In this document: positions 20,156-31,797 of the stretch, one piece after another
Numbering within the stretch: position 1 is the first letter of the stretch
Layout of the letters: the number at the start of each line of letters is the position of its first letter
DNA from: Cyanidioschyzon merolae
Taxonomy: Eukaryota
Direction: 5' to 3' (one strand)
NCBI GenBank assembly: GCA_000091205.1
Contig: AP006499.2
DNA: 64,000 bases
Notes under the pieces: model-generated
Seen by the model: only the letters and a program-made list of their open reading frames with translations
The model's database searches: none
What the model was told of the DNA's origin: nothing
Program-made: the position numbers and the translations under genes

Positions 20156-21922
20156 CTATTTTCTGCTATTCATAGGCTTGGGATCACGAAAAAGTTTCTC
20201 GTCGCTCAGACCATGTGAGTTGAGAAATGTCACTAGAAGTCGCACACGTTTTTCGATTTTTGTAGGCTCTGCCACAACTGAAGTATCCACAGATCGTTCC
20301 GCAGTAGGACACGTGTTTCGTAGCACTTGGCGGAGAGGAGAAAGAGCTTTTCTTCCATAAAAGGAGCAAAGTTCAATCAGAAGATGGCCGTAAAACTCGT
20401 TCGTCTTCTTTTCATTCAGATAACACTGGAGAATAGCTTCTAAAGCCTGATACAGCGAAGCGCTTCGTGAACTACGGCTTAGTAACTTGTAAATTCTTGA
20501 AGCGGCTTCTATGAAATTCACAGAGGAGGCCAAAATCTCAACAACTGATCTGCCAGTCGCGCTCCAGATACGATTCCTATCCAGTAAAGAAGAGATTCGA
20601 TCCTTGGATTCCAAGAGCTCAGTAGCTCCTGACGTACCCTTCGACGAAGCCCTTCTGGTGAGGCTAGAATTCTCCCAAAGGATCCCGCCATCAGTTACTA
20701 GGCTCTCCTTGCTCGCATCATCACAAACTTCGGGGCGTTTTGAAATAGTCGCGTTTGCTCTAATGCGTTTTTCGTAAACGAAAGATGATCCTAGTTTGGC
20801 ATGAACCCACAGTAAAGCTTCGGGCACAGGTTCCAGAGCGCTCTGAGCGCTCAGCTCTTGTGATCGACTTTCGCGTACGACGTCCGCAATAACTGTTTCT
20901 ATCATGTAAACTGTGCAGCCTTCATGAAACTCTCTGAAGTGGCTGCTTCTTTCGCATCCACACGAGGTAGTCTCATGCATGTTCCTACAGATACTTCTTA
21001 GTTGAGCCTCGAATGCCGCAAACTTTTCGGGAAAAGAATTACGAAGATGCAAACCACAGAGCTTCGTGACATGAAGCATACCAACGAGACCGACTGCGTT
21101 TCCGCTGTTGAGCACGGATGACTTGGCAAGTTCAAATACGACTTCCCATTCAATCATTCCGCCCAGAAACAGATGGCATAGCGGCGTTAAAGCATCAAGC
21201 AAATTTTGCAAGTCTAATCTTCCGGATGCTCCAACATTTTGGAGCCTCTCTGTGACTTTCACGAAAAAGCAGTTGACGAAACTAGCGTCGACGGTGCAGT
21301 GAAGATAAATCAGAACAGCACACAAAGCTGCACAGTTAAATGTTGATACGCCTTCATGCTGCCCTTTTGGGTTTTCCATAGCAACCGAATTTTCAAACGT
21401 GCGCCCCATGCGAGCAGAACAAAGAACTGTACAAAATATGTCTCTCAAATGGACGAACCCAAGGGGGTCATGACGAATCTCAGAAAAATACTTGTAAAGT
21501 TTGCTGCAAGTGAGGTCCAGATTCGTGTCCGAAACTCGGTTAAGAATGCTGCTCAGTTGCGAAACGAGACTATCAATCTCATTTTGGGTCCAGGTTTTTC
21601 CCTTTTCCCGCGCACTCGACAGCTTGGTAGCCGTCCCCTCTTGTGGGGCCACATCTTCGTCAACTGCATCTGCGGAAAGACTGGTCTCAGCACCAGACTT
21701 CATCGACTTAACCTTCTGGTTGTTGCTTTTTAAAAGCGGTCCTATGATCACGCCCAGAGAGTCTACGTCGTTTGAAAGAAACTCCGCAGCCTCCCACGTC
21801 TTCAAATCAGTTTGAGGAAAGGCGTACGGGCTCCCACGGCTCTTTCTCTTTCTTGAAAACTTCCGATCGAAGCCTTCAATCTTTCTCTTCAATCTGCTTT
21901 GCAGGCTCAGCTCCTCGTCCAT
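20156..21922 (-). CDS. Hypothetical alpha-helical protein (588 aa), possibly MIF4G-like
   Basis: Long ORF. The 'LVSQLSSILNRVSDTNLDLTCSKLYKYF' segment loosely resembles the start of a MIF4G domain. No firm family assignment. Confidence 0.4.
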   Translation of the reverse strand: MDEELSLQSRLKRKIEGFDRKFSRKRKSRGSPYAFPQTDLKTWEAAEFLSNDVDSLGVIIGPLLKSNNQKVKSMKSGAETSLSADAVDEDVAPQEGTATKLSSAREKGKTWTQNEIDSLVSQLSSILNRVSDTNLDLTCSKLYKYFSEIRHDPLGFVHLRDIFCTVLCSARMGRTFENSVAMENPKGQHEGVSTFNCAALCAVLIYLHCTVDASFVNCFFVKVTERLQNVGASGRLDLQNLLDALTPLCHLFLGGMIEWEVVFELAKSSVLNSGNAVGLVGMLHVTKLCGLHLRNSFPEKFAAFEAQLRSICRNMHETTSCGCERSSHFREFHEGCTVYMIETVIADVVRESRSQELSAQSALEPVPEALLWVHAKLGSSFVYEKRIRANATISKRPEVCDDASKESLVTDGGILWENSSLTRRASSKGTSGATELLESKDRISSLLDRNRIWSATGRSVVEILASSVNFIEAASRIYKLLSRSSRSASLYQALEAILQCYLNEKKTNEFYGHLLIELCSFYGRKALSPLRQVLRNTCPTAERSVDTSVVAEPTKIEKRVRLLVTFLNSHGLSDEKLFRDPKPMNSRK

Positions 21923-22033
21923 GGTCAGCTAAACCCGTCTCCAGTAAAGCAAGGGAAACCAGCTGTGCACGCACGCCTTTTATCGAGGGACTGCCGTTTT
22001 CGAAATCGCGTTGTATGGATCGCTAACTGCGCC

Positions 22034-23390
22034 CATGCAGGAGTGATTTGGAACTGGTCCCACGTAATTTACTCGGTCGAACACTCTAGTCTTTCAGCCT
22101 CTTCCGTCCGTCATTAACTTCAGCCTTTGCGAGCAGTTTCTGCGTATGTTTCCTTTCCTTTTCCCGTACCTCCGGCTTTAAGTGTGCCGGTACCTCACTT
22201 CCATCCAGCTCCGTTCGAAGCAGTCGAAGGATGGTAATAGTGGCCTTAGGGTCCCGAGTTCATTGCCTACGGTTGCTTTCTACGCATTTCATGCACAGAC
22301 GGTAGTTGCGGCCTGCGCGTCACTTCCCATTTTTATTTTCTATGCATACAGCCTACGTGTGCCCTTCGCTGCGGTGAGACTCGGCCCGGTTCAGTTGTTC
22401 ACATATTTCTACAATGTCCCGTCCTCCGCGGGCACCCCTGTGGCTCGAGGTAGCTTGCTATATCGCTCAGTATATGCCTTTGACCCGTACAGAGGTCTTG
22501 TATCGATGCCCTCCTCGGTTTTTCGCGCGCGGTGCCGTATCCTACGATCATGGGCTTCTTCTGGACGGTTTTCTCAGCGAACATGCTGAAGGCTGCATGC
22601 ACGTGCGAACCTTGTTCCATTTGATAAAAGATTTCTTGTATGCGTGAATGCCCTTGATGGTGCACGCACCGGTAGGTTAATCCCGCATGGAGAAGTCTAG
22701 AAATTCCGATCCGAGTGCGCTTCCTCTGTGGAGAGCGGTGACGCAGACGCCACAGGGAGCGATCGTTGTCATGACTGAAGACGGAGTCCAAAAACATTCT
22801 CCAAGCGAACAGACGACTCAAGAGCCACTCGGAGCGCATCCCTAGAAGGTACCATGCTCCTGCAGAGTCTTATTTAATCGACGGCCGCTAAAAGAGGTAG
22901 ACCAGTTCGTCGAACAAAATCGACTGTTGAACTTGGCAAGTTAGGTCAACTTTCTGAACGACTTTGTGAACATGTCGTTCATGGACGACGTAGAGCCTAT
23001 TTTCTCGTCAATTCATAGGCACGAATTACCGCGACAATGAGTTGCCTTGAAGCAGAGAGATCCGCAACATGAAGAACGCGGGATATGAAAATGTTACAAG
23101 AAAAGAAAGGAAAATACCATGGGTGTGGCAGTATTAATTGGAAACGGTGCCGGCCATTGTACGAACGCTCGTTCCACGGCACCGCGAATCATCCTGATTC
23201 CGGTGATGCGTTTAACTCCGGCAGCGAAACGTCGATGTAAACTTTCCGAAAATACGACCAAGCACCCTGAACTAAGAATGAAACAGTCAAGCCTTATTGC
23301 GACACCTGAGAGAGTCGAGGCTGAACGACTGAAAACCTGGGGGAAGATCATAGCACAAGTATAGAGCAAACCATTCAGTGGTGCACTTAA
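22034..23390. repeat. Left arm of 1.36-kb inverted repeat (IR-B)
   Basis: Its reverse complement matches 24859-26216. The ORF peptides are mirrored with 1-2 aa differences (SMFAEK/SIFAEK, SEHAEG/SENAEG). A degenerate extension runs to ~22011. Confidence 0.9.
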
Positions 23391-24858
23391 TGCTTGCGCA
23401 TATGGTTACTGTGCACGGGATAATAGTATGGAGAGATCTCTTCTATACATCATCAATATGCTGTGTGGGAGGAAGGAATTCATATTCCTACCGCGTAAAA
23501 ACTCGTGCATTTCTATTCGCGTTCGGACAGTAACGTCTTCTAGTCACTGTCTGCGTCACCTTCGAAGACAAAAAAGCTTTGCTCGCAAAACTGACATTTT
23601 TCCGGAATATTTTTACAACGCCCGCAAATAATCGCTAATCCTACTCTATAACCGAATTGTTTAAATAACGGGTACCGGGAAAGATCTGGTTGTTCTACAA
23701 ATTGTGCACTGAACGTTCTGCGCGTGATGCATTTTACTTCTATAGAAAATTGAATTTTCAACACCGAAACCGCTTATTGCGCGCAACCTAAATCGGCGCA
23801 GCGGATTGAGTTTTGATTTACTGCTTGGAAGCTAACTGTTCTATGCTGAATATTCTCTGCGATACGGCAATTCTTTGATCACTTAGTAGACGTCGTTCTA
23901 CTTTTAACATATTCTAACTCTTTTGGGGTTGGCGTGTTCAATTTCGCCTGGCCCGTTCTAGCTGGGGCTGTCTAAAAAGACCAGTTGTCTCTTGTCGTGC
24001 GTTCCATTGCTGCCCGAATGCCATTTCATATTTATTGGTTCAAACCCAAAAAAACTGTCTGACTCTGCTCCGTTGTATCAAGCGAGCCACTTCAATGGGT
24101 CAGAGGTTGTTGAGAACGTCGTATTCTTTCAACCATTAACACAGTTTCAGAAGACGACCGAAGGTTTGCTGGCTGGGACAAGATTTTGCGAAAATTTGCA
24201 GTGCAGCAAATCGGGGATCGATTATTCTTAACAAGTAGAAATGAGATCAAGCTCGAAGAATCAATGAAAATGTGTTTATTCTGCCGTAGGTCGCTCGTTT
24301 TCATCCTTCTGTGCACCCATTATTGTTGGATGTTGTTGCGCTTGAGATGAAGACCCTTTCATAGCTCTCCTAGAATAGAAGTTCATTAGAAATGAAAACT
24401 GCACGATTCAGAAATAAGCTACAGATTCAGGAGTATCTGTTTTGATTCATTCTATTCTCTTCAATTTTTGCTGCCCAAAAAATGCATGTCCAGAGCCCCG
24501 ACGATTCTAGCTAAGCCCTATCTTTCCAGTTTTGCGAACCAGAGTAGTTTTCGACACTAGACATCAAATATTCGGCGTAGAGCGAGGCCGTTTATGATTT
24601 TGTAGCAGAAGAGAGCAAAGCATTCAATTCACGCGTGGTATCTCAGATCAAATGCAGAGTCTCAATCATGACCGTGCCATTTCCATGGCTTCATTTTAGT
24701 GGTGTATCTTCAGGATGTTTTCTGCAGCCGCTGACCGCAGGAAACCACAGTTTCATCGTACACAGACGCTAATTCACCTTGATGAGAGGCTATGGCAGGC
24801 ATATTGCGATGCAGGCGGATGCTGCGACCACAGCACTTCTTTGTACTTCAGTGTCAGC

Positions 24859-26216
24859 TTTAAGTGCACCACTGAATGGTTTGCTCTATACTTGTGCTAT
24901 GATCTTCCCCCAGGTTTTCAGTCGTTCAGCCTCGACTCTCTCAGGTGTCGCAATAAGGCTTGACTGTTTCATTCTTAGTTCAGGGTGCTTGGTCGTATTT
25001 TCGGAAAGTTTACATCGACGTTTCGCTGCCGGAGTTAAACGCATCACCGGAATCAGGATGATTCGCGGTGCCGTGGAACGAGCGTTCGTACAATGGCCGG
25101 CACCGTTTCCAATTAATACTGCCACACCCATGGTATTTTCCTTTCTTTTCTTGTAACATTTTCATATCCCGCGTTCTTCATGTTGCGGATCTCTCTGCTT
25201 CAAGGCAACTCATTGTCGCGGTAATTCGTGCCTATGAATTGACGAGAAAATAGGCTCTACGTCGTCCATGAACGACATGTTCACAAAGTCGTTCAGAAAG
25301 TTGACCTAACTTGCCAAGTTCAACAGTCGATTTTGTTCGACGAACTGGTCTACCTCTTTTAGCGGCCGTCGATTAAATAAGACTCTGCAGGAGCATGGTA
25401 CCTTCTAGGGATGCGCTCCGAGTGGCTCTTGAGTCGTCTGTTCGCTTGGAGAATGTTTTTGGACTCCGTCTTCAGTCATGACAACGATCGCTCCCTGTGG
25501 CGTCTGCGTCACCGCTCTCCACAGAGGAAGCGCACTCGGATCGGAATTTCTAGACTTCTCCATGCGGGATTAACCTACCGGTGCGTGCACCATCAAGGGC
25601 ATTCACGCATACAAGAAATCTTTTATCAAATGGAACAAGGTTCGCACGTGCATGCAGCCTTCAGCATTTTCGCTGAGAAAACCGTCCAGAAGAAGCCCAT
25701 GATCGTAGGATACGGCACCGCGCGCGAAAAACCGAGGAGGGCATCGATACAAGACCTCTGTACGGGTCAAAGGCATATACTGAGCGATATAGCAAGCTAC
25801 CTCGAGCCACAGGGGTGCCCGCGGAGGACGGGACATTGTAGAAATATGTGAACAACTGAACCGGGCCGAGTCTCACCGCAGCGAAGGGCACACGTAGGCT
25901 GTATGCATAGAAAATAAAAATGGGAAGTGACGCGCAGGCCGCAACTACCGTCTGTGCATGAAATGCGTAGAAAGCAACCGTAGGCAATGAACTCGGGACC
26001 CTAAGGCCACTATTACCATCCTTCGACTGCTTCGAACGGAGCTGGATGGAAGTGAGGTACCGGCACACTTAAAGCCGGAGGTACGGGAAAAGGAAAGGAA
26101 ACATACGCAGAAACTGCTCGCAAAGGCTGAAGTTAATGACGGACGGAAGAGGCTGAAAGACTAGAGTGTTCGACCGAGTAAATTACGTGGGACCAGTTCC
26201 AAATCACTCCTGCATG
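24859..26216. repeat. Right arm of inverted repeat IR-B
   Basis: It is the reverse complement of 22034-23390. The inner junction is sharp, with 'ggtgcacttaa' shared and flanks diverging. Confidence 0.9.
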
Positions 26217-26886
26217 AGCGCATTCCATACAATGATCACCTCTGGCAAGCTCGAATCGCCCGAGAAACCTTGAAAGCATTCTATACTTTTTCAGAATTGG
26301 AGGGAAAATTGAAAGCTTTGCCTCAAAACGATTGATAACAAAAAAGGCTGCCTAACCCGAAACCCCGAACTCATACGTCCGTACGCTTGACTTAAAAACT
26401 CGTGCATGAAAACTATTCGAGATTGCCGTATACCAAAAAGTAGATCGATTCATCACATAAGTGCATATCTGCACCCTTTCGCTAATCTGAAACTTGTTCG
26501 TCTGTGGGTTCCAGGTCGCGTGAATAACTCTGCTTGAAGATACAAATCATGATAACGTGTGAAGTCTATGAATTACCACTGGATTGATGAAAAATTTCTC
26601 AGCATATGCGCATCACCTACTGTTTAAAAAGCTCTTGAGAATTTTTACAGAACATGCTCACAATTTCGAAATGCGCGGTTACTTGGTAAGCGACTCTCGT
26701 CTAGGCTGTACTGAACTCGGGGAGTATCTGATAATGAGATGCAGAAATATTGCAAGTATCTAGGCTCTCGAAAGCTTCTCATACCTTGCTAAGGATCACT
26801 GCCTGAAGCATGGCTGATCCTGGGAACATCGCTGTGGAAAATTCAGTTCCTCTAAATTAAGCGTTCTGTAAGTTTGTAGCCAGAAT

Positions 26887-27912
26887 ATGGTATTTGTTAG
26901 GGTACTAGCCAAACCTATTACCTTTCGCTATCTTTCCTTGATTTTAATTTTATACGGAAGTCTTTCTGCTTCTATTGTTGCTGAGAAAAATTGCGTAGTC
27001 TTGGCGGCAAATGTTTTCAACAACGTAGGAACGGTAGACCTGTTTCACACGCTCCTCTCTGACTTAGAGGGAATGCTACAAGCCGCTGGGTTTTCCACAG
27101 GCCTGTGCATCTACGAAGACAACTCGAGGGATGGTACCGACGTTCGAGTTTCCCAGTGGAATCAGTCCCGGCGAGGAACACCGTTCACGAGGATCCTTGC
27201 AGACAAGACACCCCCCACGGCAACGGAACGCGTGTCGAGAATAGCAGTTGTTCGCAGCCGTTTGCTGAATCTTATCCATGAGGTTCTGGCGGAAATGCAA
27301 AATTGTTCTGGACGGTATATATTATTTTTTAACGATGTTGTCTTCGAACCATCGGATGTTCATAAGATGGTGCTAGACGGAATCCGGCAGAACTTTGACA
27401 TGCTCTGCGCAGTGGACGTCTATCGAGGGTTTTATGACCGTTGGGTTACTCGGGATGCCTCTGGATTGATCCCATCGCGGTGGGCATCTGTCTTCTTCAC
27501 CGGGAAAACTGGTTCCAGAATACGCAATAAAGATGCAACTGAGTGGCGGACAGATTTTTGGCCTTCGAGAGCCTGCTGGAATGGAGCTGTTTTGGTTAAC
27601 GCAGAAAGTGCACCGCGCAGTTTCCGCAGTGCGAGGAATGACGAATGCTATGCTTCAGAATGCAAGCTTTTTGTTGACGATCTCTTGAAGGAACGTGGCG
27701 GCCAAGCGCGTGTTGCGGTGAGACTCGATACGCTTGTGGCGTACGACGTTATCCATCTCTTACTACATAAGTTTGTTATCAGGACATATGCCTCCCATAT
27801 TGCTGCTTTTCAAAGCCTCGGAGAACTCATTGTGAAAGCGAAGCATCGCTATCAGGCGGAGAGGGTTCTCCAATCAGACCCCTGTCCGAAATTACCAATG
27901 CTTTGTTGTTGA
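26887..27912 (+). CDS. Putative type II membrane GT-A-fold glycosyltransferase-like protein
   Basis: The N-terminal hydrophobic segment is 'YLSLILILYGSLSASIVA'. 'LCIYEDNSRDGTDV' resembles the GT2/GT-A 'DDGSTDGT' nucleotide-sugar motif. 'ILFFNDVVFEP' is a possible DxD equivalent. It is a 341-aa ORF. Confidence 0.35.
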   Translation: MVFVRVLAKPITFRYLSLILILYGSLSASIVAEKNCVVLAANVFNNVGTVDLFHTLLSDLEGMLQAAGFSTGLCIYEDNSRDGTDVRVSQWNQSRRGTPFTRILADKTPPTATERVSRIAVVRSRLLNLIHEVLAEMQNCSGRYILFFNDVVFEPSDVHKMVLDGIRQNFDMLCAVDVYRGFYDRWVTRDASGLIPSRWASVFFTGKTGSRIRNKDATEWRTDFWPSRACWNGAVLVNAESAPRSFRSARNDECYASECKLFVDDLLKERGGQARVAVRLDTLVAYDVIHLLLHKFVIRTYASHIAAFQSLGELIVKAKHRYQAERVLQSDPCPKLPMLCC

Positions 27913-28110
27913 TTGCTACGGAAATGTTTTGAACTGTTTCACGAATCATTGTTATTTATTTTCAAAAGTAACTCATGAAACTCTCGCAAAGAATTGAAGC
28001 GCATGTGGCCATCCTCCTGTAAGGCGCTTAGCCGTTTAAAAACCATTAATATGGCCCACGCAGATCGTCTTAGACCTATATTAATTTCAGATGGAGGAGA
28101 TCCTCGCACA

Positions 28111-30874
28111 CGGACGTACTCGCACTATATTCTGGACCTATTTTGCACGACCATCAGCACAAGTCATTGCAGTTTGCACCGCGACCGCTTCCTTCTCCTT
28201 TCCCGTATCTCCGACTTTCAATACGCTGGCGTCTCCTAGCCCTCCAGCTTCGATGTCAGCAGGCGAAGGATGCCGATGGCTGCGTTCATTCGAACCCAGA
28301 GTTTCCTGCTTCCAGCCCTCATCGACGTACTTCATGCAAAGGCGGAAGTTGTGATCTGCGCTTCTTTTAGCATTTTCATCCTTTTTGTCCACAACTCCGG
28401 TGCACCCTTCGCAGCGAGGACACTTGCCCGTTGTCCGGTGCCGCCATACGTCCATCGCACGTCTTGCTCCGAGTGCCGCCCTGTGGCGCATGCCTGCTTG
28501 CAGTGTCGCTCGGTACACGCCCTCGACGGGTGCAGAGCGCTCCGCTTCATGCGCTCTTCAGTTTCTGTGCCCAGCGCCATACCCTGCGATCACAGGCTCG
28601 GGCTGGGCGATCCCCGCGGCAAGCACCCTCACTGCTGGGCGCGTAAACGCTCGCTGCTCGATTCGAGTACTCGGAATCCGCTCCCTCGCACGCTCTTCGT
28701 TTTTCGCGTACGCTTCCCATCGAAGCTGCCGACGAGCATCACGCGACTCGAGGTGCCGTGCCAGCTCATGAGTATTGTGCGCGCAGGTTCCATCCACTTG
28801 CGACGATGCGGGTCAGCCATCTGCGACTCCCTTCGTCTCCGGTCGCTCGCTCGCTCGCTTGCGTGTTCTTCTATCCCCATACTCGTTCGCTTCCGCTTCA
28901 GCGAAGATGGCAGGCGCGGGAGGAGAAGTCACGACTGTGGGCGTAACTCGGACGTTTCCGATCCCGTGCCCCGGGACGGGGTGTCGGTTTCCACATGGGC
29001 GTCGGACTTCGCCTCGGGTCTCACGGAGGCGCTGGTGCAACGCTTCGCTCTCCTTGGGCTCCTGCCGTTGCTGAGTGCACTGGATTGCAGGTTCACGAGG
29101 CCACGCATCTGTACAGCTTGCTGCTCATCGTCGCCGTGTTTCCTGTTCTGAGCAGGGGTGCGTTGGAGCTCTGATGGGGCCTTGAGGCATGTAGGGCGCT
29201 CACGACTGATAGCGGTGGATGCTGCCAGGCCATCGGTCTCGAACGAGGACACCACGCCTCCTCGACTTTATGTGAGCGTTCTGTTTCTATCTGTTCCCTG
29301 CCTGTCGCATCTCTCTTTAGCGTCGTTCGCTTTTCGTTCCCCCAGCGGTTCATGAGTGTCTCCGAAGTTTCGGGCGAAATTTGGGTAGTACGCTTCATGT
29401 ACTCTATGCTGTCGATGGATACCTCCTCTTCTTCGATGTGCTCCTTGGCCTCCATAGGACGTTTCCATGCCCTAATCCCTCGTGCGTGGGCGCCCACTTC
29501 GCAGCGAGGCGAAAAAGCCGCGAACCGGGGCGCGCGTACGAGCGACCTATAAATGCGTTTACAGCAAGGCGAAAATCCATTCCATTCAGGGGCTCTGGAA
29601 CAGTTCCCGAGGTGCAGAGGCTGTTTCACTCGCTCGGGTAGGCACTCGCAGGCTGCAGGTCTATAGTCTCCTCGACATGTTCGTCTTCCAGGATACTCAA
29701 CGGAGGCTCACGCGCTCTGTATATCCGCCCAGCATATTCAAGTCGGCGAAGCGCCCGTCATGAAGAGCTCGTCCATGCCGTCCAGGCTGGTATCTGAGTC
29801 GTCATCCGCACGTATCCACGTCATCGAATCCTTCACGCGCCATGGGAATGAATGCTGGCATGATCCAGGGTCGCGCGGCGTAGTTTTCCGCCCATATACA
29901 CCTTTGAGTTATCCAGGCTGATTTGGGTCGCGAAGCGAATGCTGGCCTCGAAATGCGCAACGTCGTTCGGCTATGGAGCCAAAGTGCCCGCGACGTCGAT
30001 GAAAGCACAGTGCAGGTGAGGTGTGTCCCGACTACGCTTCGAGACAGTGACGGCATGAAAGGCCATCGATGCCAACGGTGCATCTACGAAGTTGTTCGGT
30101 TTCTCAGGGACCCCGATGCACTGGACGTACACGGTCCTAGGCAGGAGGTAAGCGCGCCACTGACGCATGCTGCAAAGAAGCGCATGTTTGCGGACGCGGA
30201 ATCTGATATCCGGCGGGTGCGGGTGCATTTCGAAGTATCCCTTGCCGACAGTGGTGCCGTAGAATACCTCATACAAACAGCGAAGGAGGGAGTTTCCGAG
30301 ATCGTATCCCGTGAGATGTAGCGCACTGCTTATTTGGGATGTGGTTTCGTTGATGGTTGGAAAGCGAGAATATTTTGTGTTTCAAACGGAATCGATTATA
30401 TGAGGTGAGGATTTGAACATACTTTCGGTATGAGCTCTTGAAGAAGTATTCGCACGAAAACTTCCAACTTTTGCGTCGTCAACCGAGCGTAGCGGCCTGG
30501 TGCGCCCACGAGTAGCCTTGAAACATGGAGATCGGAAGCGTGCAGAATGCCTGACTTGAGCGTGCAACGCGTAACTAAAGGAAAAGAGTTCAGGCTTCCT
30601 TGTACGAATTGCATCATGATATCGGCTATTTTAGGCAACGGTATGTGAGGATATCTCGAATCACCTTGATGCTGGTGATGTAACGAATCCCTTCGGTGCA
30701 AAGTCGAGGGAGCCACTTTGAAGAGTCGACCGAGAATCCTAGAACGATGCATGAGTCCTGAGGCCCTCATTGCTGGACTATGAATACTCGGGTCCTGCAT
30801 CTGAAAATGAGTTCGGGTGAAAAATCGAAATCGAGGAACACAGGCAGCAGCTCCGTGTTCTACTTCACTCCGAC
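28111..30874 (+). repeat. DR-A copy 3: full-length 2.76-kb direct repeat
   Basis: Collinear with copy 1 at offset 15253. About 10 substitutions are seen as single-aa changes in the mirrored ORFs. The flanks are unrelated to those of copy 1. Confidence 0.9.
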
Positions 30875-31797
30875 ATGAGTCCTGAGCGAGCCCAATAGGC
30901 GCAGGCTTCCATTAACTATGGAATCGGAGCTGTCGAGGTAACCATAAGCAAGAACTGCTAAACATTCCTGTATCTTCTCCATATTACGTGCGCAACCAAG
31001 TAGTAATGAGTCTCACAGGGTTTTGATTATGCTTATGTACCGCCTACGGTCGAAGCATTGTATTTTTATAGGGCATCCCGCTTCCTGGAGCTACTCGCTC
31101 AAAGGCTGGAAACTGTTCTGCAACCAGTTTTTATCCATGATACTGCTGGGGAATAGGTTTAAAAGCTTTCAGAGATTAAATTCCATTTTGTTAGAATGTT
31201 CGATGCCACTTTTGCGGGAACGTAAACCATATTTTTGTGGTTCTGAATTACTTTCCGCGTTCCGGATCCTCTGTTTGTTGGTGTACCTGCGCTTTGCTTG
31301 CATATAGAATTTCTGAAATCGCTGAAAGCCTGAAAGAGAATATTGAGCCCAAACACATAGAGGAAGACCCGCTGAACGAAGGCCGGTGCGCAGCATGAAG
31401 CGTCATAGCGTGCTCGAGCACCGAAGACAGGCGTCCCAGTGCAGAACAGTGGAAGCTGTTCTACGCCACTATTCTTTTGCATTTATCGTGGTATTCCGTA
31501 TGTCCAGAGAAAAATCAGAAGGTTCGAAATGGGTTCGCGACGTACTCCACCACAATCGTAGGGGCGATATTGTCTTCGAAGCGGACAGGGCTCCTGAACA
31601 TATTATACGGGCGAGAGAGAAAATTTGGTTTCGATCTAATGACCACATGCATCATATTTTTGGGCAGACTTGCCTCTCTTTAGTCTAGCATTTATGGCAT
31701 CAAAAAATAGGCACCATCGGATCCCTTAAAATTGCACATCGCTGGTGCAGTCCAAGGAAGCAACCAATGGTAGTGTGCCGCGCAAGTTTTCAGGGTT

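Noticed and set aside
12858-30874. DR-A full copies as the two LTRs of a giant LTR retrotransposon
   Set aside because: The 12.5-kb internal region encodes host genes (Sec14, LHC, glycosyltransferase-like, a 588-aa protein) and the IR-B palindrome. There is no gag, RT, RNase H or integrase. The repeat termini are not TG...CA. There is no matching short target-site duplication. A third, truncated copy lies in between.
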